A DNA stretch of 63,284 bases, filler included, from Reticulomyxa filosa (taxonomy: Eukaryota > Protista > Foraminifera): the NCBI GenBank assembly GCA_000512085.1. It is 19 parts of 19 records of this genome, joined end to end, with 100 filler letters (N's around TTAATTAATTAA, not from the genome) between each part and the next. Parts side by side here need not be neighbours in the genome. Positions count along the whole stretch, not along the records: positions 50,358 to 51,363 come from ASPP01021101.1; positions 51,464 to 52,759 come from ASPP01049451.1; positions 52,860 to 53,936 come from ASPP01036973.1; positions 54,037 to 57,527 come from ASPP01039313.1; positions 57,628 to 58,645 come from ASPP01021703.1; positions 58,746 to 59,930 come from ASPP01002075.1; positions 60,031 to 61,735 come from ASPP01046596.1; positions 61,836 to 63,284 come from ASPP01019704.1; 11 more parts are not named here. One strand, given 5' to 3'. Below the pieces are notes generated by a model. It saw nothing but the letters and a program-made list of their open reading frames with translations. It had not been told where the DNA came from and did not search any database. Both the position numbers and the translations under genes were made by a program. Shown here piece after piece: positions 51,081-63,284 of this stretch. Position 1 is the first letter of the stretch, and every line of letters begins with the position of its first letter.

Positions 51081-52859
51081 TTTTCATACAATCTCTAAAA
51101 AAATAAAAAAAATAAAAAAATAAAAAAAATAAAAACTTTCCAAATTGTTTGATCTTGACTCCTATCAGTATATCAACAAAGTGAAGAATTTTATTTTTTT
51201 TTAAAGAAAAAAAAAAACAAACTTTATTTCGGAGCTAAAAGCTCCAATTCCAATCTATCTACAATTTTTTTTTCTTTTTGCACGGGGATGGGGAGTGAAA
51301 ACAAACATTATTTTTATTGATGGGGGGGCATGCCTATTCACATACAAACGTATACTTTTTATTNNNNNNNNNNNNNNNNNNNNNNNNNNNNNNNNNNNNN
51401 NNNNNNNTTAATTAATTAANNNNNNNNNNNNNNNNNNNNNNNNNNNNNNNNNNNNNNNNNNNNTTGAAAGTCACTGAGTTCAAGTCGACAGCGGCTCATT
51501 CGTTTTTTGGGTTTTTTGAGCATAACAAAATTTGAAAATATAATCTATTATTTGATACTTCGTACGATTTATCGCATCAAAATATTAAATTATTTGTTTA
51601 ATGGCTTTGTTTTTTTCCAACAAACTTGTAGTCTTTAGTTATTTTGCTAAAAGAATAAAGTTTAATTGCAACATCTAATAAACGTGATACAATATCTCTA
51701 ATTAAACTGATACAACAATGTGTATATTTTTTTATATCATTTAATGATTGTATAAAATGATTAGTATTATATTTATAGTTTCCAATAGTTTCCAAATAAC
51801 ATTAAATATATTTCTTATTTCAAGTAATTCCCTTTCTAAATGTTCTAATGTGTATTTAATCTTTTTATTAATTGATTTATAATATGCTTAGTCTGTTTTA
51901 TCTTTTAATAACTTATTTTATAAGTATATCTTTGAATTGATTTCTCTTTATTCGTCGCTATCATTTTCGTGTCTTTCTTGTTTCTGTGTATGTTCGTGAC
52001 AGTGTCCATGTGCGTATTTGCGTTCTTGTATGTTTGTATTTGTGCTGTATTCATAATATTTATGTTCATTGTGTTCATTGTATTCGTCGTGATACACATA
52101 TTAAAAAAAAACAACGTAACGTATTGATTGACATAAAATTCGATCAATTCTGCAAAACATTGACATAATGACGTTCAGAGGGACTTTGTGCGAGTGATCT
52201 TGGATTCTTCATATCCGAAGATGTTTCATTTGTTTTCGAGTCAGAGGAATAACTTTGTATGGTGCCCTTTCGTTGCTTTTGCATCCTTTCAGCGAATTTC
52301 CAATACTTGTTTTTACGGCGGCAATATATCGAACAAAAATTTCAATTTACTTTTGAGCAATTGATACACAATATTAAATGCACAAAGTAATGTTTCAATA
52401 ACCTGTTCATTCTATCTGTTTCTTCATTTTTTTCATCACAAAAATCGATGGCTCCAAATGTGTCTTCCCATTTCACATGTGCACCCACTGCCTATTGTTT
52501 TGTTAATGTTTCCACTTGTGCGTCCGTCTTCTCCTCATTCACTTCATTTGTTTTAATTGTTTGTGCTTCTGCTTTAACATCGCTTGCTACATTTTTGTCT
52601 TCTTGGAGTTGCTCCAATTCCATCAATTGGAATAATGACACTTTATCTTTATCATTTTCTTCCTCCAGACGCTCTTCATTCTCCGTTTCGGCTGCGAAGA
52701 ATTTTCGGATGAACTGTGTTGATTTGCTATTTTTGGATACTGGATTTGCAGCCTTTGTCNNNNNNNNNNNNNNNNNNNNNNNNNNNNNNNNNNNNNNNNN
52801 NNNTTAATTAATTAANNNNNNNNNNNNNNNNNNNNNNNNNNNNNNNNNNNNNNNNNNNN

Positions 52860-53420
52860 GATATATTAATAATTGCATTCTTATCTTTTAATCCATTAAT
52901 CAAACACTTGAAGATAGCATCGAATTGTGTTTCATTCAATTGTTATAAGTAAGGATAATAAATATTTGTAAAAATATTCCTTTTTATTTTGAATTCTATC
53001 CATCAAATGATTAAAAGTATCACTGCAATTATTCCAAGCAAATATGCTCATTTTTGACTTGCTAACTCATCTTTATTTTCATCATTTAACATATCCATTA
53101 AAGAATGAAAACTGTCATTATATTGTTTTTTATTTCGTTTCATAAGAAATTCTGCACATCTGTCACGGACATATTTGTCTTCATTTTTATCGGATAATTC
53201 GTTAATCCAGAATTTAAAAACATTATCTAATTGCTCTTCTTTCAATTCCATTATGAATTGAGAAATATTTATTATCTATTGATCAAATACTGGAAGACAT
53301 TATCCAATTGATCTATCACAAATTTGAATTTTTCCATCGTCAAACACATTTATTAAAAATTAATTTCAAAAATTTATTCAATTGTCTCTCATTTAAGTTC
53401 AATACCATTTCTGCAAGTGA
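52860..53420 (-). pseudogene. HEAT-like helical-repeat protein remnant
   Basis: Repeated units LKEEQLDNVFKFWINELSDKNEDKYVRDRCAE and LNETQFDAIFKCLINGLKDK, interrupted by stops and frameshifts. Confidence 0.6.
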
Positions 53421-53689
53421 GTAACTGAATAAGTGATTTCTGACAAGTTTGAATTTTTAATGTAAGAAATACACTATCTGTCTGCTTTACGAATATTAAG
53501 ACAATGCACATGTAATATCTTTTGATGAATGCGAATAAGTTGGTGTGGCGAAGAATGTAATAATTTCCAAAAATATAATAAACCAGATCCTGATGAATTT
53601 TTCTTATTTTCAATATTATTATACAATAATCCAGCAATAAATGGAATCGTCACAGCATATTTTGAAGTAATTTTGATTTATATAAACAA

Positions 53690-53936
53690 TTCACCAAATA
53701 GAAGTGATTGTATATGGAAAAGACCGAGATAACCATTAGATGAAAATTCCGTAACAAGAATAGCAAAATTTGGTGGTGGAAGCATTTTAGTCTGGTCATG
53801 TTTTGGAGCATTATGAACAGGTTACGGTTGCAGGTGGAAGGTGGAGTGTATTCTGATATATATAAGAAATTTTATCTAACGAAATGCTATATAGCGTCAA
53901 TTGCTGCTTAGAAAATAAAGATGATTGGATTTTCCA
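53690..53936 (+). mobile_element. Tc1-like DDE transposase fragment (degenerate, cut by contig end)
   Basis: CIWKRPR*PLDENSVTRIAKFGGGSILVWSCFGAL*TG...Y..ILSNEMLYS...DDWIFQ matches the Tc1 pattern VKHGGGSIMVWGCF...Y.EIL...FIFQQDN. Confidence 0.85.
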
Positions 53937-56900
53937 NNNNNNNNNNNNNNNNNNNNNNNNNNNNNNNNNNNNNNNNNNNNTTAATTAATTAANNNNNNNN
54001 NNNNNNNNNNNNNNNNNNNNNNNNNNNNNNNNNNNNAAAAAAAAAAAAAAAAGCAATGCGACAATATTGAAAAGTACATTTGTGGGGTCCCTTCATGAAC
54101 GACTTTTTGATCGAAGATGTGCTAATGTATTGGTAAGCTGTTGATGAACGAGACGCTGTCCAACAGCAAATTGTAAAGATATTTCGGGAATTGAAAATGC
54201 AATGGGAAAAGGATGAAGGGAAGCATTATGGTAAAAATGTTGTCACCACGGATGAAAGGGAGAACAGATATTTAGAAAAATTTTTGGGATGGTCTCGCTT
54301 TTTTCCAAAGAAAAAGGAAAATATTGCCGTAAAAAGGTTCGGCCATATTATTAATTTTTTTTTATATATAAAAAAAAAAAGGCAAAAATAATGAACACTA
54401 TTGTTGTGCTATCATGATTCGCCATAATAAACATAACAGTGCATTTATCACGATGTATACGGCGCGGAACAACAGCCATTCGTACTCGGCAAATCGGATT
54501 TTCAAAGTATTGGTGAAAGTGAACTGAAACTTGCATTTGGAGATCCCAAATTTCATGAATATTTTTAAAAAAATAGTGACGAAAAACATATACAGCGCAT
54601 ATAAGCCCTACAAACACCTGAACTACAAAATACAAAAATAATGTCAAGAACTTAAATCTTCTAATGTTTTTCCTTCATTGCTTTAATTGCTTTATCAACC
54701 TTTTCAATTGTCTGAAACACTGTTGCTTTTATTTCAGACTAACTTGAATAGCTGTCATCCAATGAAGCCTTTGAAAAAATAAAAAAAGTTGAACATTGAG
54801 GAAGACATATATTCTCTTTTATTAATTGTGAAAAACGCTTGCAATCTAAGTTTTTTTCTTTCTCACCATTGTCTTTATCATCTTCTTATTTCTTTCTGTT
54901 ACGTATTCTACTCCTGCTCGAGGTCTTTTTTTGCCAGGAATAGTGCCAAAATCAATTCCTATTTCGCATAGTCCTACGCGCTTTCTTTTAGATTTAAAAT
55001 TTAAGTTCAGAAATTTTTTACGATGATATAATTTGATGAATGATTTCAGGTGAGCTGGAGAAATTGAAATTATTTAAAAAATCAAAAGAAATTACAATTC
55101 ACACAACAAACAATTTTTCAATCAAAAAATGCGAGACAAGCGTTAAATACTTGCGATCAAACATGCCACAAATTTGGCGTTGTTTGCAGTTCTCTTCGCC
55201 CTTGCTTCTGGCACCGCAGCCACAAAAGCCACTTTCCAAGTTCTTGATAGATGGTATGTATTCTTTGGGACCTATGTTATATACGTGTGTATTGACCATA
55301 CATGTTTCAATAACATTACAAAAAAAACATTATAACTTGGAATATAGGGTGCGCACATAATCACGACAGTAACTATTTTCAATCCATCATGAGCCATATT
55401 ACACGATATGGACCTCCATTTTTTTTTTCCAAATTATAAACCATTCAACGTAATATCATGATCTCACTAAAATTGATATTGCTCAATGGAACAAATAAAT
55501 TATTGGAAAAATGAGGCGCGTGTGTTATAGTGCGGCTTTCATGACTAGATGAGATATTGTGTTTCCATTAGCAACAATTCGATCATGACGTTACCAATTT
55601 TACTTTCATGCACTGCAATCGATATTGCTATGGTTGCTGTCATAATTGCCATTATCGTTGGGAACTCACTGCAGCATTAATGACAATATAAACAGCAAAA
55701 ACGTGTCCATCCGTATTACAAACCTTCATTGATACACCTTCAAGTATCTATTAAAAAATTTCAAGCGATACATATCACATACATATAAATAAATAATCAA
55801 CGTACGTATAAAGATGTTGTATTGCCATTAGTTATTGAATATGTACATATAAAAAACTTTTTCAAGCAATGGACCCAAACACGATTATAACGACAGGTAA
55901 CAGGAACTTGGAACAGGCGCACATAAATGACCAGCCGAATACCGTATGGAAAAGGATAGGGGGCCCGACTGCTGATATAAAATGTCACTCATGTATCGCC
56001 ACCAACACATTGCAAATATCCAAGCTTTTGTTTTCATTGGTCAAATAACGGAGCAACTTTTGAATCGTCGATCCATTTATCGATTGGCACGACCTTGTTG
56101 CTTTTTGTAATAAATGGTGCAACAACATTAGCTATCTTCCGCGCACACCAACAGCAGCAACACCCAAATATCGGCGCACGAAACGCCAGTCCAATGTATT
56201 GAATTAATTGATAAATGAGTAGAATAGAACACGGACTGCGTTTTGTAGTCATCATCATCATTATCATTGTTGTTGACACTGCGCTTGACATTATCACACC
56301 CATCCAGTAGCTTCCATTGAGGGGGGCACACTATGTGAAATTGGTCCATGTTAAGAGCGCGTAAAGTCGCTACCTGTAGGTGTGAAGAGCCATAACCAAA
56401 GAAACATCGGACAAACGATCTTTTTTTTTTCTTTTTAAAACAAATTCAACGATGGTATGGCCTTGTAATAATCTTTTTCTCCTTCTTTATCATCATCCTT
56501 TTCACCTTCCTCTTCTTGTTCGCGGATGACCTTGACTTGAGTATAGCAAAACTAATCAATCAAATTGGAGCCACAACAACATCGGGAGAATAGTTCCATG
56601 TGAGAGTGGCTTAATTGATCGCAATATGTGATCGTTTCGCATCCTCTTTTTCTTTGTCTTCTATTTTTTTCCATTTCTTCGATTAACCCAGTCGCTGCTG
56701 CTGTGATGATACGGTGATGTCGAGATCGTTTTTATTTTACACGATATTTTCAAGTCTTTCTTTCTGGATCTTGGTGCTCCTCGACTACGAAAGCAAGCTC
56801 ACCAAAAAGAAAAATTGTCCGCGAATGAACTGAGGACAACTTTTTTAAAATACTTCAATGCCATCTTATGATGGATATTTTCAAAATACGACGCTCATCC

Positions 56901-57496
56901 ACTCTTGTCACCCTTATGATGAAGATGACATATTGTCATTGAATAATGATCTTTCTTAGAAATTTCTGCATCCATCAACATGCATCCATTCAATAATATT
57001 TGGATTTGCGATTCAATGACGGAGGGACGATGACATTCGTATTTTCATTATTGGACGTATTCGTTCTTGATGTTCTTGATGTTCTTGAGTACGCCAAAGA
57101 TTACTACGCGATTCAAAATTTAAAGCGTACGTACGTCTACTCGAATCCAACTCAAATTGGTGACATGCACGTTATTGTTCTCCAAATGCTGGGATAATGC
57201 AATGAATACCCAAGTATTACGTCGCGTTCAACACGTTATCCACAGTTCATAGTCGATCCCGGATACTGTCGAACCAACGACGACTATCTTTGCCGAATAA
57301 CGCAAGGTACGCGATTCTTACAGTGACGGAGTCAGAAAATGCAACCAATTCTTTCTTTTTCTCTTTTCACCGACCGTCAATGCTCAGTATCATCCGCAAG
57401 CCCACCATTTATCAAATCAACAGCACACGCAAGATTCGAAATCCAAAGTTGCGAATGTGCGCACGCACACGACCAGTTTGGATTGTTTTTTGTTTT

Positions 57497-57527
<31 letters not shown>

Positions 57528-60500
57528 NNNNNNNNNNNNNNNNNNNNNNNNNNNNNNNNNNNNNNNNNNNNTTAATTAATTAANNNNNNNNNNNNNNNNN
57601 NNNNNNNNNNNNNNNNNNNNNNNNNNNTTTTTTTTTTTTTTTTCACACTATTGATTTAAGTAAAATGTTTGAAAGACAAGAAGTGGAGTGTGAGACTTTG
57701 ATTTGATTTAAATGACAATAGCAAGTGCTTGACCAGTTTTTTTTTTTTTTTTTATAAAATTTTGGATAATAGATATTCTTTGCTATGAACGAATGCAATA
57801 TCCAAAAAAAATAAATCTAAAGTGAATGAGTGATGAAATTTTATATGAAGAAGAGAATAGTGTCGAAGATGTAGGAGGAAGTCATTCTTAATATTATTAT
57901 TTCAAAATTAAAAATCAAATTATAAATATAAATTCAAATACAGCAAATCAAACAAGAAAATACAAAAAATGAGATTACATGCAATGAGCAACGCAGTTGG
58001 GAATCTTGAGGATGCGAAATTTAGTTCCAACTATGTCAACCAAACAAAAGGTGTGTGTGTGTATGTGTGTGTGGTGATTGAATTCAAACATAATGATATT
58101 ACAAAACATGAAGTGACTGAACTGGAATTATCGAAGCCGCTGCGCTTATGACGGCCGTTTTTCCATGACAGTAGTGTTGATTGTAGAGGATTGGGAGCAA
58201 TTACACCATCCAGGTGATTGCTTGCATATATCCTCTATCATTTCATTAGTGCAGGCCACTTAAAAATGGGATGCTATGCATCCCTAAGCGCGTGAATATC
58301 TACTGGCACACGCCACATGGCTGTCCATAGATAAATCGAGTCTGTTGGAGTCGTCGTCGTCATCATTATGTTTGTCCACATATGTGGACTCTTTTGCTTG
58401 CAGGACTGGTGGCGTCACGACCCCTGAATTGATGCAAACATTGCATCATATAATCGGCCTGCCATGCGTGCGGAATAAACACAAAAGAAAATCAAAGGAG
58501 CCAACTGAAAAGTATAACAGGAAACCAGGAATCAGGAATAATTGCGCAATTACAATAACAATTGGATATCACACCAACAAATAGCACCAAATATCCAAAT
58601 CAATCAAAAAAAAAAAAAACACAGTGGGAAAAAAAAAAGCTGACCNNNNNNNNNNNNNNNNNNNNNNNNNNNNNNNNNNNNNNNNNNNNTTAATTAATTA
58701 ANNNNNNNNNNNNNNNNNNNNNNNNNNNNNNNNNNNNNNNNNNNNTAACAAGTAATGTAAAAATGTTGCAGAAAACAAATGAAGAAGGATAAAACGATTA
58801 AAAAAATTAAAAGAAGTATTACTGGAAAGTGTAGTCAAAGTCGAATCTAACAACAATTGGTCGGACGCTGGATCAATCGACTGTATTGAAACGCAATCAA
58901 TTAATAGGCATTTTGACAAAGCAACTGACCATCATATTAATGCAGTAGCTTACGGGGAGGGTGAGTCCAAACTGATTAACAAACACAACAAGATAACGTG
59001 CACAATAGATTAAAGAAAAAAGACGACAATCTCGTCATTTTTGAAAAAATCAATTCAAAGCTCGAGCAAATAGAAAAAATTAGTTCAAAGCTCGAGCAAA
59101 GAGTGGCAATATTATAAAATAACTATCAGTAAAAATGTTGTTTATTTTGTTTAAAAAAATTTTGATTGAGTGTTTAATTTATTTATCTACAAGTTCATTT
59201 GAAAGTTTGTTTTTTAAAAAATTTTCGTTTTCATTAATGAACAAGTGGAAATCCACTTGGCCTAGTTACAACCTTTTTTTCATTTCTCCAATGTAGAGAT
59301 TAAATAAGAAAAATAACACAACAAACACCAAAAGCACGAGTGAAGTGTTGCAAGAAAATACTTTTTTGAAAGAAAAGATTCACTAAACCTTTGTTCATCA
59401 AGTAGAGCATAGTCATATACCAACATTTTCAAAAAAAAAGATTTGAATAACAATATAATATCGCTTTTGTTTTCTTTTGAAGTCAGCTCAAAAAAGCTAT
59501 TCTTTTGTATTACACTGTTTCCTACTGTGAGAGGTGATTTGTTGTAAAAAGATTGTGCTAAGTGTAATACGAAAGATTGATTTTCCAATTTACTCTCTTT
59601 TTTCCGATCAATTAAAACCTTTTTTTTTTGCATAATTTATCATAAATCGACAATTTAGAATTTTTATAATCAATTCAAATCTTATTCGTTAAAGAAGAAT
59701 ATGAATGGAATGCAATATATTGATTAATATCAAATAATAAACAAAGCTTTTACAAATATGATAAAATAAATTATTCATAATATATCTTATTACAATGATA
59801 TACAAATGAACTGCATGTTGAAATGTAAAAAAAAAGATAAAAAAATTTCAATCCAAATTGTTACTAGCATGAATGTTATGTCAAAGGTACATAGCAAAAT
59901 TTTAAATTATAAATAAGAGTATACATTCCANNNNNNNNNNNNNNNNNNNNNNNNNNNNNNNNNNNNNNNNNNNNTTAATTAATTAANNNNNNNNNNNNNN
60001 NNNNNNNNNNNNNNNNNNNNNNNNNNNNNNTTTTTTGACTATTGAAAAGTTTGATAAAAGAAAAGAAAAATAGTATTGAGTTTGTTTTTTAAGTTGAATG
60101 CAATTATTAAAGGTTTGTTCTTTTTTTGTCATCTTACTTAATGGCTGTAAAAAAAAAATTCAGAAAAAGTAAAATGTTGTATTCACATTTTTGAAGATTT
60201 CAAAAGCATAATAGAATAGAAACAAAATAATTTACGAAATTTTGAGTATTACGTTTTTTCACGACATAAACCAATATAACAAAAGAACAAAAAAACATAT
60301 TCTTCAACAAAATTTATTCGGTTTGAATAAAAAAAGGAAAAAAGATTTCATTTGTTTTTTCCTCCAATTGTGCTGATTGTATTCCTTGGAATAGTTTTGG
60401 CAAATTACTAATTAGTTTTATTTAATATTTATTTGCCTGTTGTTTTTTGCATGTATGGCCTTTTTCTCATTGGAATCAAGGTCAAATCTATTTGTTTCAA

Positions 60501-60769
60501 GTACATATATGATGATGTCCTTTAAAATTTGAATTATTATTTGTCGTTGCCATTCTTGATCCTTCAAGAGTTTGTCAAATTGGATGAAAGTAAAAGAGTC
60601 TGAAAAGCAGAGCTAATCTATCAGAAGTTATCATTTTTTGTTGATATGCTTTCTCTTTTTTTGTTAAGTTTTATGAACTGAAATTCCTTAATGAAAAACA
60701 AAAGATTTTTGTAGTTACAAACAATGCGTCAGAAAACCAAATTCAATATTCATAAGACATCATTCTTTT

Positions 60770-61060
60770 ATCCATCGTGCATGAGAATACTATTGTTTCA
60801 GGCTCTTGTGCTAACACAATTCAATTATAGAGTGTAGAAATTAGAATGTGAGACAGAGAGGAGGTATTTAGATTCAATAATATATATGAAGTTTACTTCA
60901 GATAGTAAATGTGTTCAGCTAACAAAACAATACGGTAATGAAATGCAAATTTTGGAAAGAGATTCAAAAATTCGAATGATCTCAAATTTCATATTGAGAG
61001 CATAGTTTTTACCAAATGATCGAATGATGTTATCATTTGCTACTGATAACAAGATGACCT
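60770..61060 (+). pseudogene. Highly degenerate WD40 remnant
   Basis: ENTIVSGSCANTIQL*SVE, VKFTSD-like and FLPNDRMMLSFATDNK segments with stops. Confidence 0.45.
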
Positions 61061-63284
61061 TAAAGAGATAGCTGATCTCATCGTCAATTTTTTTGTCGTA
61101 AAAATGCCTACAAATATAGCAAAGTAAATTTTAAGTCGGAATGAAAATAGTAAAGGAAAGGCTCTTTTGAATTTGGCTATTTATTTTTTTTACACATGTT
61201 TTTTGTTGGCATTGAAGTGTCGGTCATTTTGACAGGTATTTCAGATACTCTCCTTTTTTGTGTTGTAAAATAATTTTGATTAATCAGGAAAATATAATTT
61301 TTATTTAATTGTATAAACAATGTAATTTTTATGACTTGAATCAAAGGTTGAAAGTATTGTTCTTTTGGATTCACCAAATTTACTTTGACGTTTAAAAAAA
61401 TTCTTTTTAGTTCAACAGTTTACGGAACTTTCGCACATACACCTGTTGCAAATGTATAATCGTTCATACAACAAACAACTGGTGATTAAAAGTAGTGTGG
61501 AAGTAAGAAGTTATAATTAAATTGCCAAACCTATCAAAATGTAATTAAGGGAGCATCCTTTTAAATAAACGTTTTTCTGTAAATTTCTTGCAATTTTTCC
61601 ATCTTTGTCATTCTTTTTTTTGAATTTTATGTTCTATCTTAGAATGAGTTTATAAAAACAAGAGCTCAAGGATACACATTCACTACACACTATCTTAAAA
61701 ACGGCAGCTCAAAGGAAAAATTCTGCAAAAAAAAGNNNNNNNNNNNNNNNNNNNNNNNNNNNNNNNNNNNNNNNNNNNNTTAATTAATTAANNNNNNNNN
61801 NNNNNNNNNNNNNNNNNNNNNNNNNNNNNNNNNNNGAAATAAAAATGAAAAAAAAAATTAAAAAAAAGACCAAAAAAAAAATTAAAAAGATGAAAAAAAA
61901 AAAAATTAAAAAAGTGACAATTTGAAAAGAAAAAAAAAGATGAAAAGATAAAAAGAAAAAGATTAAAAAAGATTAAAAAAGATTAAAAAAAGGATAAAAA
62001 ATTGAAAAAGGGTAGGGAAATTGAAAAGAAAAAAATGGGACATTATCCCAAAAATCATGGAAGAAATGCGCATTAGCGCATGGTTCAAAGAATAAGAGGG
62101 TGGGGCAGAAGAAGGTGAAGAACGCCCAAGAAAGAGATAAAGTTGGCTGCGTTCGGGCGAATAACGGATTGTTTGGAGATAGCGCGATTGGGACAATTCG
62201 TTTAATGAAAAATCGATTTTCCAATATCAAATCGACCTGGTATTGCGTTGGATGAGTGGCAGACCCTTCAAACAAGATAGTGTGAATGGAAAGGAGTAGC
62301 CGACCACGATGATTTGATTGACCCAAGAAAAAAATGCTAGTGACAGTGTCGAATTGACTGTTGTCGTAAATGTGTTAGTAAATAAATCGACGTGGCGGAC
62401 TTTGTCATGGCGAAGAAATGATGGGAACCAAGCTCGATTATTGATGAAACGATTGCATGATGGTAGAAATGTTTCTAAGTTCACAAAAAAAAAAAGCTAT
62501 ATTTACTTTGTTACATAATTGTGTGCATTTCAATACAGTGTGCGAAAAACCTTGGCGTTAACGTTTCATGGCAATACAACAGCGAAAGACGTAGATGAGA
62601 AACTTGTTTGGTGAAAGGAGAGATCGCTGGATTGGACAAATGAAACTCTTGTGGCACATTGCAATAAAATAATATTTTGAAGCCAACATATGTCGTCGTC
62701 ACTTCATACAAAATGGCTTCATTTCTCAAGTATTGATCCGGAAATATCAAATGCGGCTTCCAATTGAAACAAATCAAAACTCGACAATCGTATAATTTTT
62801 GTCAACGGAGTGTCGACAGATGATATTAAATGCATTTGATCAAATTTTTCGCTTTCGTCTCGTATTGTAAAGATGATGCGTCCAGATAACGTGTGAAAGG
62901 TGGCATTGTCGTTGGTCCTGCCATCGTGAGCATTCGCGAATCATTCATCCAATTTAATGCCAACAGCTTCGCTCTAGGCAAAAGGAAGATAGCCAGATAA
63001 AAAGGAACTGTAAAGGCAAAGATGATGATTAATCAATACATATACTTTCAGGTTTGTTTTTGTTTTGTGATATGTGTTTGATGTCAAAAGATATTCATCA
63101 ATTGATAGTAACTTGATCCCAAAAAGAACAGGTACATTCGCCAAACGAATATACGTTTTCAAGGTTCAATCTGTCCATGAAAGGATAGCAACAGACGACA
63201 GCAACGGCAAAATGGAAGAAAAAAATCCAGTATTGAATAGCGAGCGCAGGAAAAAAAAAGCTAATCTGACCTTTTTTTTTTTTT

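Noticed and set aside
54037-58645. Alternative genetic code suggested by coding-like sequence full of stops (also 61836-63284)
   Set aside because: Conserved genes in the window have long stop-free exons under the standard code and end in TAA, TAG or TGA. These regions also contain frameshifts, so they are better explained as decayed genes I cannot name.
59054-59100. Direct repeat TTCAAAGCTCGAGCAAA x2
   Set aside because: Only two copies of 17 nt; a simple local duplication, not an array.
3308-61835. Regularly recurring TTAATTAATTAA motif as a biological repeat or CRISPR-like array
   Set aside because: It is always centred in exactly 44+44 Ns, so it is an artificial six-frame-stop linker. 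ORFs containing X runs are artefacts of it.

Overview
This is not a continuous locus. It is 19 short contigs of an AT-rich, intron-containing eukaryote joined by 18 identical 100-nt artificial spacers (N44-TTAATTAATTAA-N44), so no gene neighbourhood holds across spacers. The gene families (expanded WD40, RING/TRAF-WD40, kelch, caspase-like/TPR, HEAT-like repeats, divergent alpha-tubulin) and the many decayed copies suggest a foraminiferan such as Reticulomyxa filosa; that is inference, not a search result. Recognisable conserved genes are an IFRD-family protein, an NDR/STK38 kinase (3' part), an ABCG half-transporter and CYFIP/Sra-1 (3' part). Pseudogene-like remnants include two alpha-tubulins, a BEACH protein, a multi-CAP-Gly protein, an ABC1/UbiB kinase, several WD40 fragments and a Tc1-like transposase. 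The most unusual non-coding signals are three: (i) a ~365-nt GC-elevated, hairpin-dense island at 6125-6490 with complementary loops, ending in a type III hammerhead-ribozyme-shaped motif with a variant core; (ii) 3' splice sites preceded by long oligo(A) instead of polypyrimidine tracts; (iii) a ~450-nt foldback (MITE-like) element, with a partial copy next to the structured island.
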